Positions 1 through 8,796 are shown, counted from the stretch's first letter. The stretch: DNA of 64,000 nt from Bacteroidales bacterium (GCA_035389045.1 DAOORA010000019.1:1-64000); one strand, 5' to 3'. Notes: a model not told the origin generated them from the letters alone. A program made the numbers and translations.

Positions 1-55
1 TTGCAGCAAAAAAGACGCATAAAGATATGAAAAGATAAAATCAAAACAATTTCTA
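1..55 (+). repeat. 55-bp dispersed repeat, copy 1 (may extend left of window)
   Basis: ttgcagcaaaaaagacgcataaagatatgaaaagataaaatcaaaacaatttcta is the exact reverse complement of 23050-23104. Confidence 0.9.
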
Positions 56-91
56 TACTTTACATTACATATAACCTTAAAAACCAAGATT

Positions 92-2896
92 ATGAAAATC
101 CGTAAAATTACCAAACTCATTTTTAAGATTTTAGGCATTTTAATTTTGCTTATTATCGTGTCGGCCATTGTACTGCCTGTAATTTTCAGAAAACAGATCG
201 TGGAAAAGGTGAAAACGGAAATAAATAAGAGTCTTAATGCCACCGTTGATTTCAAAGATTATCATCTTTCAATTTTCAGGAATTTTCCTGATTTTACTTT
301 GGGACTGGATGATCTGACCGTGGCCGGGAAAAATGAATTTAAAGGCGATACCCTCGCCGATATTGAGAAATTACGGGTTAGTGTCGGATTATTCTGCGTT
401 ATAAAAGGTGATCAATATAAGATAAACACCATATCGATTGAAAAACCCGAGGTGCACCTGATTGTGCAGAAAGGGGGAAGGGCTAACTGGGATATCTTGA
501 AGCCTTCTGCTGATACGGGAACAACAAAGCCCGAAGAGCCTTCTGCCTTCAGGCTTGCCATCGACAAACTCGCTATCAGCGATGGAATGCTTACCTATGA
601 TGATGAAGAGGATAACATTCACGTAAGGGCTGTTGCTCTGAACCATACGCTGAAAGGCGACCTGACGGCTGATTTTACCACACTGCGCACGCAAACAAGT
701 ATTGATACGCTTGACTTTTCTTCCGGGGGAGTCGGATACCTCAGGAATGCCAGTATTGACCTTCATGCAGATATTGATGCAGACCTGAAAAACTACAAAT
801 ATTCTTTTATGAAAAATGAGTTGCGTCTTAATAACCTGTTTCTTGGTTTCGACGGTTGGGTGGCCATGCCCGGAGATGACATAAACATGGATATTAAAAT
901 GAACACAAAAAAGACTGATTTCAGCAATATACTGTCGCTGGTACCCGCCTTATACATGAAGGATTTTGATAATATCGAAACCAAAGGAAGCCTGGCGTTG
1001 GATGGTTTTGCCAAAGGCACGTACAGCGAGAAATCCTTGCCTGCTTTTGCACTGAACCTGCTGGTTGAAAATGCCATGTTCAAATATCCTGATCTGCCCA
1101 AAGCGGTGAGCAATATCAGCCTGAATGTCAGGGTAAGCAATAACAACGGGCAACCTGACCATACGGTCATTGATGTGAAAAAACTCCATTTTGAAACGGG
1201 AACAAACCGTGCGGATATTGTGCTGCGTGTTACTACGCCTGTTTCAGATCCCAATATAGACGGGACATTGAAAGCCAATGTGAACCTTGGTGAAGTGAAA
1301 GATTTTTATCCGCTTGAAAAGGGCGATGAACTGAATGGGAAGCTAAAAGCCGATGTCAGTGTGAAAGGAAGATTATCATCCATTGAAAAGGAAAAATACC
1401 AGGATTTTCAGGCTAAGGGTGAGATTTCCATTGCCGGAATGACCTATAAAGGCAGTGATATCAGGCAGACTGTGATCATCAATGATCTGAAACTGCTTTT
1501 TTCACCGCAATTTGTTGATATGCCATTGTGCAACCTGAAAATTGGCCGTTCCGACCTAGACGCCAGAGGCCGCCTCGACAATTTGCTTTCCTATATCTTT
1601 AAAGATGAATTGCTCAGAGGCAGTTTTGAAAGTAAGTCCAGGCTATTGGATGTCAATGAGTTTATGTCGGAAGAAACCACTCCGGCGACGGAAAATGAAA
1701 CCGGAGAAAGTTCATCGTCAGTGATCGAAATACCTGCCAATATTGATTTTACTTTGCAGTCTTCTTTTGGCAGGGTGTTGTACGATAAAATGGATATGAC
1801 CAATGTTTCGGGGGTTGTAAAAGTTGCTGGCCGGAAACTGACCCTGGAAAACCTGAAGATGAATGTGCTCGACGGCGCACTGTCGGTCAACGGCTCATAC
1901 AGCACGCAGAAGCCCGACCCCGAAATTGACCTTGATCTGGATGCCGGCAATTTTAACATCCCCAAGACCTTTAAGACATTTGTTACGGTGCAGAAACTGG
2001 CGCCGGTAGCCGAAAAGTGTGAGGGAAGGGTTTCGGCAAAAATTAATCTTAAATCCTCCCTGGATAAGACCATGACGCCACTATACAACACCCTGACCGG
2101 TACGGGAAAGCTAACATTGAACACAGTTGAATTAAAAGGTTTTGAACCGGTAAATAAAATTGCTGAAGCATTGAAGATCGACAAGTTCAAACGCATAGGA
2201 ATAGATAATACATCTGTTGAAATCAGTATTGTTGACGGCAAAGTATATTTTAAACCCCATTCCTTTACTTTCGAAAAGATAAAGATGACGTTGAGCGGAT
2301 GGAATTCCATAGATCAGACCATAAGTTATGATGCTGTGATGGAAATTCCACGCGAACTGTTTGGCGGCGCTGCTAACGGAGTGCTGAACAATCTGGTGAG
2401 TAAGGCCAACAGCAAGGGTTTGAACATTCAACCCGGGAATACGATTGTTGTTGCTGCTAAGATTGGCGGTACATATACCAAGCCTACCATTACTACGGAT
2501 ATTAAAAGCAGCGTGGGCGATGCCGTAAGCGATTTGAAAGACCAGGTGATAGAAACTGTAAAGGATAAAGTGCAGGAAACGGTAGGCGATATCAAGGCCG
2601 AAGTGAGCGCCCAGGCACAGAAAATACTGGATGATGCTCAGAAACAAGCCCAGTTGTTGCGTGATGAAGCCAAACGTGCAGGAGATAAACTGATCAGCGA
2701 AGCCGAAAAACAGGGTCAAGCGCTGGTGGATAAAGCGACAAATCCAATTACTAAGGCTGCCGCCAGGGAAACCACAAAACAACTGGTTAAAACAGCTAAG
2801 GATAAAGCAGCACAACTAAACCAGGAGGCTGAAGTTAAAGCGAACAAGATTTTGGCCGATGCGCAGAAACAGGCGGATAAGTTGAAGAATCAATAG
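92..2896 (+). CDS. AsmA family protein (AsmA-like bridge lipid-transfer superfamily)
   Basis: 934 aa. N-terminal TM anchor, long beta-rich body with AsmA-like segments (SIFRNFPDFTLGL, GRANWDIL, GSYST), C-terminal coiled-coil tail typical of Bacteroidota AsmA proteins. Confidence 0.8.
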   Translation: MKIRKITKLIFKILGILILLIIVSAIVLPVIFRKQIVEKVKTEINKSLNATVDFKDYHLSIFRNFPDFTLGLDDLTVAGKNEFKGDTLADIEKLRVSVGLFCVIKGDQYKINTISIEKPEVHLIVQKGGRANWDILKPSADTGTTKPEEPSAFRLAIDKLAISDGMLTYDDEEDNIHVRAVALNHTLKGDLTADFTTLRTQTSIDTLDFSSGGVGYLRNASIDLHADIDADLKNYKYSFMKNELRLNNLFLGFDGWVAMPGDDINMDIKMNTKKTDFSNILSLVPALYMKDFDNIETKGSLALDGFAKGTYSEKSLPAFALNLLVENAMFKYPDLPKAVSNISLNVRVSNNNGQPDHTVIDVKKLHFETGTNRADIVLRVTTPVSDPNIDGTLKANVNLGEVKDFYPLEKGDELNGKLKADVSVKGRLSSIEKEKYQDFQAKGEISIAGMTYKGSDIRQTVIINDLKLLFSPQFVDMPLCNLKIGRSDLDARGRLDNLLSYIFKDELLRGSFESKSRLLDVNEFMSEETTPATENETGESSSSVIEIPANIDFTLQSSFGRVLYDKMDMTNVSGVVKVAGRKLTLENLKMNVLDGALSVNGSYSTQKPDPEIDLDLDAGNFNIPKTFKTFVTVQKLAPVAEKCEGRVSAKINLKSSLDKTMTPLYNTLTGTGKLTLNTVELKGFEPVNKIAEALKIDKFKRIGIDNTSVEISIVDGKVYFKPHSFTFEKIKMTLSGWNSIDQTISYDAVMEIPRELFGGAANGVLNNLVSKANSKGLNIQPGNTIVVAAKIGGTYTKPTITTDIKSSVGDAVSDLKDQVIETVKDKVQETVGDIKAEVSAQAQKILDDAQKQAQLLRDEAKRAGDKLISEAEKQGQALVDKATNPITKAAARETTKQLVKTAKDKAAQLNQEAEVKANKILADAQKQADKLKNQ

Positions 2897-2929
2897 GGGC
2901 AAGGCAATAACCGGTAGCCTATCGCTAAG

Positions 2930-3050
2930 ACAATAGCCAGTAGCCAATTGCTAATAGCCAATAGCCAATAGCCAGTGACCACTGGTCAATAGTCAATAGT
3001 CAATGACTGATGACTGATCACTGATGACCAATAATCAATAGTCAATAGCA
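2930..3050. repeat. degenerate heptamer tandem repeat (caatagc / caatagt / ctgatga)
   Basis: Read directly: ...ctaatagccaatagccaatagccagtgacc...gtcaatagtcaatagtcaatgactgatgactgatcactgatga... Confidence 0.8.
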
Positions 3051-3082
3051 CAACGCTAAAAACATCTTCGTGTTTCTCCGTG

Positions 3083-3096
3083 TCCGCCGCGGCGGA
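3083..3096. repeat. REP-like perfect 14-bp palindrome TCCGCCGCGGCGGA
   Basis: Perfect palindrome. Variants at ~8827, ~8934 and 23462-23477. Confidence 0.7.
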
Positions 3097-3164
3097 TCCG
3101 TGCCTCCGTGGTTTTCCTTCCCCGTCACTATCCATAAAAAAGAATTTCACATCCCAAAGTTTTG

Positions 3165-3172
3165 TAATTTTG
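3165..3172 (+). promoter_or_regulatory. Bacteroidota sigma70 -7 element (TAnnTTTG) upstream of moeA
   Basis: TAATTTTG about 18 nt before ATG 3190. Confidence 0.6.
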
Positions 3173-3189
3173 TGCGAAACCCCGGAAAG

Positions 3190-4365
3190 ATGATACCTTT
3201 TGAGATTGCACTGGAAACTGTTTTATCGTGTAAATATGCTACCGGTACCGAAAAAGTACCTCTGACTTCTGCATTGGGCCGTGTACTTGCAGAAGATATC
3301 CGTTCGGATATTGACATGCCTCCTTTCAACAAATCGGCGGTTGATGGTTATGCTTGTTGCCGGCGGGATATTTTTAATGAACTTGAAATAATTGAGGTTA
3401 TTGCTGCCGGTAAAGCGCCGGAGAAGATAATTTCGGATAACCAGTGTGCCAAAATTATGACAGGAGCCATGATACCTCAGGGTGCCGACTGCGTGCTGAT
3501 GGTGGAACATACTGAAAAATCAGGCGAAAACAGTATAAAATTTATAAAGGCCGACACTGCGGCAAATATTGCCTATGCGGCTGAAGATGTGAAAAAAGGC
3601 AGCCTCGTTCTTGAAAAAGGAATCTTAATCAAACCTGAACACATAGCCATTCTGGCTGCTGTGGGTTGCTATGAGACTGAAGTTAGCCTTCAGCCGAAGG
3701 TCAGCATAATTTCCACCGGTGATGAATTAGTGGAACCTTACCAGATTCCGGGAGCTTCGCAGATACGCAACAGCAATTCATGGCAATTGTTGGCTCAGGC
3801 GCAACAGATGCATGTGAAAGTAAAATATGAAGGCATTGCCAGAGATGATGAAGAAATCACCCGCCATATGCTTGAGGATGCCTCTGAAACCAGTGATGTT
3901 GTCCTGCTTACCGGTGGCGTTTCCATGGGCGATTTCGATTTTGTTCCGGAAATGATGATGAAAACCGGCTTTGAGATATTGTTCCGCACCATTGCGATAC
4001 AACCCGGAAAACCTACTGTGTGTGGAAGAAAAGATAATAAAATCTGCTTTGGCCTGCCCGGGAACCCGGTGGCGTCCTTTGTCATTTTTGAATTGTTGGT
4101 CAAGCCCTTGCTTTATAAAATGATGGGCTGTGAATTTTCACCACGGTTACTCCGTATGCCATTTGCACATGAATATAAACGCAGAATATCGGAACGGCTT
4201 TCGGTAATTCCTGTTGTGATCAACAGCGATGGAACGGTTGAATCTGTAAGTTATCATGGTTCCGCACATATACATGCGCTTGCTTATGCAAACGGAATGG
4301 CTTTTATACCCATCGGCAAGGCTGTTGTTGAAAAAGGAGAGTTTATTGATGTTAGATTCATATAA
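3190..4365 (+). CDS. moeA: molybdopterin molybdotransferase MoeA
   Basis: Motifs GRVLAEDI, PPFNKSAVDGYA, IMTGAMIPQGADCV, STGDEL, TGGVSMGDFD, PGKP, GLPGNP. Start moved from 3070 to ATG 3190 because the extension translates repeat DNA. Confidence 0.93.
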   Translation: MIPFEIALETVLSCKYATGTEKVPLTSALGRVLAEDIRSDIDMPPFNKSAVDGYACCRRDIFNELEIIEVIAAGKAPEKIISDNQCAKIMTGAMIPQGADCVLMVEHTEKSGENSIKFIKADTAANIAYAAEDVKKGSLVLEKGILIKPEHIAILAAVGCYETEVSLQPKVSIISTGDELVEPYQIPGASQIRNSNSWQLLAQAQQMHVKVKYEGIARDDEEITRHMLEDASETSDVVLLTGGVSMGDFDFVPEMMMKTGFEILFRTIAIQPGKPTVCGRKDNKICFGLPGNPVASFVIFELLVKPLLYKMMGCEFSPRLLRMPFAHEYKRRISERLSVIPVVINSDGTVESVSYHGSAHIHALAYANGMAFIPIGKAVVEKGEFIDVRFI

Positions 4366-5149
4366 CCGTGAAATAAATTACCTTCGGGTTTCGGTAACCG
4401 ACCGTTGCAACCTGCGATGTATCTATTGCATGCCTGCAGAAGGTATTTCGTTGCAGGATCATAAGGATATATTGTCTTTTGAAGAAATCCTTCAAGTTAT
4501 TGAAATGGCGGTCTCCAAAGGAATCACCAAGGTACGTATTACCGGAGGGGAGCCATTGGTGCGCAGGGGAATTATTTCGCTTATTGAACAGATTTCCATA
4601 ATTCCGGGAATTATTGATTTATCCATGACTACCAACGGTATTCTGCTTGAAGAATATGCCGGACAGCTTGCCAAAGCCGGAATTCAGCGGATTAACATCA
4701 GTCTTGATACGGTGGATCCGCATAAATATGCTGAAATTACCCGTGGAGGTGATATTAAGAGGGTGGTTAGTGGCATTATCGCGGCAAAAAATGCAGGTTT
4801 AAACCCTATAAAAATTAACTGTGTGGTAAAATATTCTTCAAAGGAGCCGGATGCTTTGGGTGTGAAAGATTTTTGCGAAAGAAACGGTTTGCAGGTTCGT
4901 TTTATCCAGATGATGGATCTTCAAAAAGGGCATTTTTCCGTTGTGGACGGTGGTACAGGAGGTGATTGTTCCATTTGCAACCGTCTGCGGTTGACAGCCG
5001 ATGGAAAAATAAAACCCTGCCTGTTCAACGATTTAGAGTTTGATGTGAGGACAATAGGCGCTGAAAATGCTATTTTAGAAGCCATCAAAATCAAACCTGA
5101 ATGTGGGACATTAAGCAAAAATGGTCATTTTAATAATATCGGCGGATGA
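4349..5149 (+). CDS. moaA: GTP 3',8-cyclase MoaA (short, 266 aa)
   Basis: LDSYNREINYLRVSVTDRCNLRCIYC (CxxxCxxC), RITGGEPL, C-terminal CX2CX13C (CSICNRLRLTADGKIKPC), terminal IGG. Start at ATG 4349 overlaps the moeA end. Confidence 0.92.
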   Translation: MLDSYNREINYLRVSVTDRCNLRCIYCMPAEGISLQDHKDILSFEEILQVIEMAVSKGITKVRITGGEPLVRRGIISLIEQISIIPGIIDLSMTTNGILLEEYAGQLAKAGIQRINISLDTVDPHKYAEITRGGDIKRVVSGIIAAKNAGLNPIKINCVVKYSSKEPDALGVKDFCERNGLQVRFIQMMDLQKGHFSVVDGGTGGDCSICNRLRLTADGKIKPCLFNDLEFDVRTIGAENAILEAIKIKPECGTLSKNGHFNNIGG

Positions 5150-5248
5150 AAATAGTGGTATCTGTTTATTCCCTACGCTAAAAAACTTACCTTTATTTGG
5201 TTTTTTATTGTTATTTATGCCCTACGGGCAAACAGTGTTTCTTGAAAT

Positions 5249-5290
5249 ACATTTAACAAAAACGGGCACTTTAGTAATATCGGCGGATAA
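5249..5290 (+). pseudogene. displaced duplicate of moaA 3' end (TFNKNGHFSNIGG*)
   Basis: 10/13 aa identical to the moaA tail TLSKNGHFNNIGG* (5108-5149). Its TAA overlaps the NRAMP ATG (TAATG). Confidence 0.8.
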
Positions 5291-6546
5291 TGTGGAAAAA
5301 GCTTTTTGATAAAAAAAATCACAAACCACGTCTTGGCGGATTAGAAATCTTCAAATATATCGGCCCGGGCTTGTTGGTAACCGCCGGATTTATTGATCCG
5401 GGCAACTGGGCTACCAATATTGCCGCAGGCTCCGGATTTGGTTATTCCTTGTTATGGGTGGTTACTCTTTCCACAATTATGTTGATTATCCTTCAGCATA
5501 ATGTGGCGCATCTGGGTATTGCCACCGGCTTATGTCTTTCCGAAGCTACCTCAAAATATACCCCGGGCTGGGTGTCGCGTCCTTCGCTGGTGCTGGCTAT
5601 GCTGGCCTCAGTGAGCACCTCTCTGGCAGTGATATTGGGTGCGGCCATAGCTTTAAAAATGCTTTTTGGTATGCCGATACAGGCCGGAGCCATTATCAGC
5701 GCCGTATTTATCCTGATATTGTTGTTTTCCAACTCGTATAAAAAAATCGAAAAATGGATCATTGCTTTTGTCTCTGTTGTTGGACTTTCGTTTATTTATG
5801 AATTATACCTTATTGATATCGATTGGCAAAATGTTGCTCTAAACTTTGTTAAGCCTGAAATACCCGACCATTCTATTGTATTTATCATGGGGGTGCTGGG
5901 AGCTGTAATTATGCCTCACAATCTGTACCTGCATTCCGAGGTCATTCAAAGCCGGCAGTGGAACCTCCAGGACGATAAGGTTATCAGGAAACAACTGAAA
6001 TATGAGTTTGCGGACACCTTGCTCTCTATGATTATTGGCTGGGCTATCAATTGTGCAATTATTTTGCTTGCCGCATCCACTTTTTTTAAAAACGGAATAG
6101 CGGTCGATGAGCTTGAGCAGGCAAAAAGCATTATGGAGCCTTTGCTGGGCAGCAGTTCTGCTGTAATTTTTGCCATCGCCCTGTTGTTTTCGGGTATTGC
6201 TTCGGGCATCACTTCGGGAATGGCCGGCGGCACTATATTTTCCGGCATCTTTCAGGAGCCTTATGATAGCAAAGACAACCATTCCCGTTTGGGAGTGCTT
6301 ATTTCAATAGTGCTTGCCGTGATTATCATCATGTTTGTGGCCAATCCTTTTATGGCGCTGATCTACTCTCAGATGGCCCTAAGCATTGCCCTGCCGTTCA
6401 CTATTTTTATACAGATTTATCTTACCTCGTCCAAAAAAGTGATGGGGAAATATGCAAACGGATTATTACTGAAAGTGGTGTTGTTTGCCTTAGCGGCTGT
6501 TGTCTCAGGACTGAATGTGTATTTGTTGGTTGAAACCTTATTTTAG
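5290..6546 (+). CDS. mntH: NRAMP family divalent metal transporter (MntH-like)
   Basis: GPGLLVTAGFIDPGNWATN (DPGN motif), GAVIMPHNLYLHS (TM6 motif), about 11 hydrophobic segments. Confidence 0.88.
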   Translation: MWKKLFDKKNHKPRLGGLEIFKYIGPGLLVTAGFIDPGNWATNIAAGSGFGYSLLWVVTLSTIMLIILQHNVAHLGIATGLCLSEATSKYTPGWVSRPSLVLAMLASVSTSLAVILGAAIALKMLFGMPIQAGAIISAVFILILLFSNSYKKIEKWIIAFVSVVGLSFIYELYLIDIDWQNVALNFVKPEIPDHSIVFIMGVLGAVIMPHNLYLHSEVIQSRQWNLQDDKVIRKQLKYEFADTLLSMIIGWAINCAIILLAASTFFKNGIAVDELEQAKSIMEPLLGSSSAVIFAIALLFSGIASGITSGMAGGTIFSGIFQEPYDSKDNHSRLGVLISIVLAVIIIMFVANPFMALIYSQMALSIALPFTIFIQIYLTSSKKVMGKYANGLLLKVVLFALAAVVSGLNVYLLVETLF

Positions 6547-6600
6547 TGAAATAGTGAAGCCAGAGTTGCTAATTTATATTGCACTCCGGCTTGTTTAGGG

Positions 6601-6622
6601 TGCGAAGTCCGGAGACTTCGCA
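6601..6622. repeat. REP-like hairpin TGCGAAGTC-CGGA-GACTTCGCA
   Basis: Perfect 9-bp stem with 4-nt loop. A degenerate second copy lies near 6784-6805 (tgcgtagtccggagatttgact). Confidence 0.65.
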
Positions 6623-6628
6623 CAACTG

Positions 6629-6730
6629 GGAAAATATGCCAATGGTCAATTCCTGAAAATCTTGTTGTTTGCCTTGGCGGCTGTTGTTTCAGGATTGAAT
6701 ATTTATTTGCTAGTGGATACTATGCTTTAG
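6629..6730 (+). pseudogene. displaced duplicate of NRAMP gene 3' end (33 codons + stop)
   Basis: Translates GKYANGQFLKILLFALAAVVSGLNIYLLVDTML*, 25/33 aa identical to the gene tail at 6445-6546, no indels. Confidence 0.88.
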
Positions 6731-6929
6731 TATTGCACTGAAATCTGGTGCTTCAACATGATGTGTATCAGATTGTTTGATGTTGCGTAGTCCGGAGATT
6801 TGACTCAGCCGGGGTTAATACAAATATCGTAATTCTTTTTCGTCCTTCGCTTAAATTCTTTACACCCTTCGAGGTTAAAAAGAGATGGTAATATTAAAAA
6901 TGCTAATTTTGAATATCCAAATTCAAATT

Positions 6930-7376
6930 ATGCCAAAACTTTCCCATACCGATTCCACCGGCAGGGCCAACATGGTGGATGTAGGTCACAAACCCCAGCA
7001 AACCCGTATTGCCAAGGCAAGCGGAATGATTATTTTACATAAGGAAACCCTTAGGCTGATAAAAGACAACGAACTGAAAAAAGGCGATGTCCTCACCGTG
7101 GCAGAAGTTGCCGGCATTCAGGCCGCCAAACAGAATGCCATGCTTATACCACTCTGTCATCCTTTGCTATTGACCAAAATTGATGTAAAATGCACACTGA
7201 AAAAAAATGGCGTTATGGCCGAAAGTCTGGTGAAATGCATCGGGCAGACCGGTGTGGAAATGGAAGCCCTTACAGCCGTGAGTGTGGCTTTGCTGACGGT
7301 GTATGATATGTGCAAAGCCGTGGATAAGACCATGGTAATTTCGGAAGTGCGACTTGTGTGCAAAGAGAAAATTTAA
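6930..7376 (+). CDS. moaC: cyclic pyranopterin monophosphate synthase MoaC
   Basis: LSHTDSTGRANMVDVGHK, KKGDVL, LIPLCHP, TGVEMEALT, YDMCKAVD. TAATTTTG at ~6904 supports start 6930. Confidence 0.95.
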   Translation: MPKLSHTDSTGRANMVDVGHKPQQTRIAKASGMIILHKETLRLIKDNELKKGDVLTVAEVAGIQAAKQNAMLIPLCHPLLLTKIDVKCTLKKNGVMAESLVKCIGQTGVEMEALTAVSVALLTVYDMCKAVDKTMVISEVRLVCKEKI

Positions 7377-7406
7377 TTATGTACAAACAGAATTTAAAAT
7401 AAGAAT

Positions 7407-8339
7407 GTGATGAATATTAAGATAGAATCGGTCAATATTTCTGAAAAAACAGGAGTGATAAAACATCCGGTTGAGAAAATAGTAATTAATAAAACCGGTA
7501 TTGAAAATGATGCCCATTCCGGCGACTGGCACAGGCAGGTGAGTTTGTTGTCGACCGAAAGTATTGCCCAATCAGAGCAAAAAGCAAAGCGAAAGATTAA
7601 CTATGGTGAGTTTGCCGAAAACCTGACCATCTCGGGCATGAACCTGATAGATACCGCTCCTCTCGACAGGTTTATGATTAATGATGTTGAACTGGAGGTT
7701 ACACAGATAGGAAAGAAATGTCACGGTAGTACGTGTGCAATCTTTAATGAAGTGGGCGAGTGCGTGATGCCTAAAGAAGGCATATTTTGTCGGGTGCTGC
7801 GCGGCGGAACCATCATGCCTGGAGACGAAGGCATTTATTACCCCCGTATATTCAGGGTTTGTGTAATCACCCTTAGCGACCGGGCCAGTCAGGGAGTTTA
7901 TGAAGATTTGAGCGGAAAACATATAGCTGATCTTTGTGAACATTTTTTTACTTCCAAAAAACGTAAATATGAAGTTCATAAAACCCTCATCCCTGACAAT
8001 GTTGAACAACTCAGGCAGCTGATCACAGATTCGGTGAATACATACGATATTGTCATTACCACAGGGGGTACGGGTATCGGCCCGAGAGATTTTACGCCCG
8101 ATGTTGTAAAACCCATGCTGGAAAAAGAAATTCCGGGCATTATGGAAATGATTCGGATAAAATATGGACAACAAAAACCAAATGCCTTGGTTAGCAGGGC
8201 TGTGGCAGGAGTTATCGGCAATACACTGGTGTTTACACTGCCCGGCAGCGTTAAAGCCGTGGAAGAATACATGACAGAAATATTCACCATGCTGGAGCAC
8301 CTGATTTATATGCTGCATAGTTTGGATTTTCATGGATAG
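7407..8339 (+). CDS. MOSC domain - MogA/MoaB molybdopterin adenylyltransferase fusion
   Basis: N-half SVNISEKTG, NDAHSG, RQVSLLS, GEFAENL, TQIGKKCH, CVMPKEGIF (MOSC). C-half ITLSDRASQGVYEDLSG, TTGGTGIGPRDFTPD, LPGSVKAV (MogA). Confidence 0.88.
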   Translation: MMNIKIESVNISEKTGVIKHPVEKIVINKTGIENDAHSGDWHRQVSLLSTESIAQSEQKAKRKINYGEFAENLTISGMNLIDTAPLDRFMINDVELEVTQIGKKCHGSTCAIFNEVGECVMPKEGIFCRVLRGGTIMPGDEGIYYPRIFRVCVITLSDRASQGVYEDLSGKHIADLCEHFFTSKKRKYEVHKTLIPDNVEQLRQLITDSVNTYDIVITTGGTGIGPRDFTPDVVKPMLEKEIPGIMEMIRIKYGQQKPNALVSRAVAGVIGNTLVFTLPGSVKAVEEYMTEIFTMLEHLIYMLHSLDFHG

Positions 8340-8730
8340 AGATTAGGAGATTGGGCGACTGGGCGATTAGGCGATTAGGCGACTGGGCGATTAGGCGACT
8401 GGGAGAATGAGCGACTGGGCGACTGGGCGACTGAGAGAATGAGTGACNNNNNNNNNNNNNNNNNNNNNNNNNNNNNNNNNNNNNNNNNNNNNNNNNNNNN
8501 NNNNNNNNNNNNNNNNNNNNNNNNNNNNNNNNNNNNNNNNNNNNNNNTGAGCGATTGGGAGACTGAGCGACTGAGCGATTAGGCGACTGGGAGAATGAGC
8601 GACTGGGCGACTGGGCGACTGAGAGACTGAGCGACTGAGCGATTGGGAGACTGAGCGACTGAGCGATTAGGCGACTGGGAGAATGAGCGATTGGAAGGCT
8701 GGGAGAATAGGAGATTACGAGAATAGGATA
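8340..8730. repeat. octamer tandem array (gactgggc / gattaggc / gactgagc / gaatgagc), interrupted by the assembly gap
   Basis: 8-nt periodicity read directly on both sides of the N run, same orientation. Confidence 0.9.
8448..8547. other. assembly gap (100 N)
   Basis: Run of N; true length unknown. Confidence 0.99.
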
Positions 8731-8796
8731 TTTTTCTAAATAGCATACTAAGCAAAATAGCCAATTAGCAATTTGATTTTTAACAATTTGACCGAT

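Noticed and set aside
3070..3189. N-terminal extension of moeA (and similar extensions of moaA, moaC, valS, pheT, efp and ORF 50707)
   Set aside because: Extensions cover repeats, promoter motifs or upstream genes; family homology starts at the later ATG
5147..5290. TGA read-through (selenocysteine) joining moaA to its duplicated tail
   Set aside because: TGA follows the canonical terminal GG motif and an in-frame TAG occurs two codons later (tga aaa tag)
6445..6730. Diversity-generating retroelement TR/VR pair
   Set aside because: Differences are not confined to adenines (e.g. aac/aat, gtg/ttg, gtc/gtt), the target is a TM helix, and no reverse transcriptase is in the window
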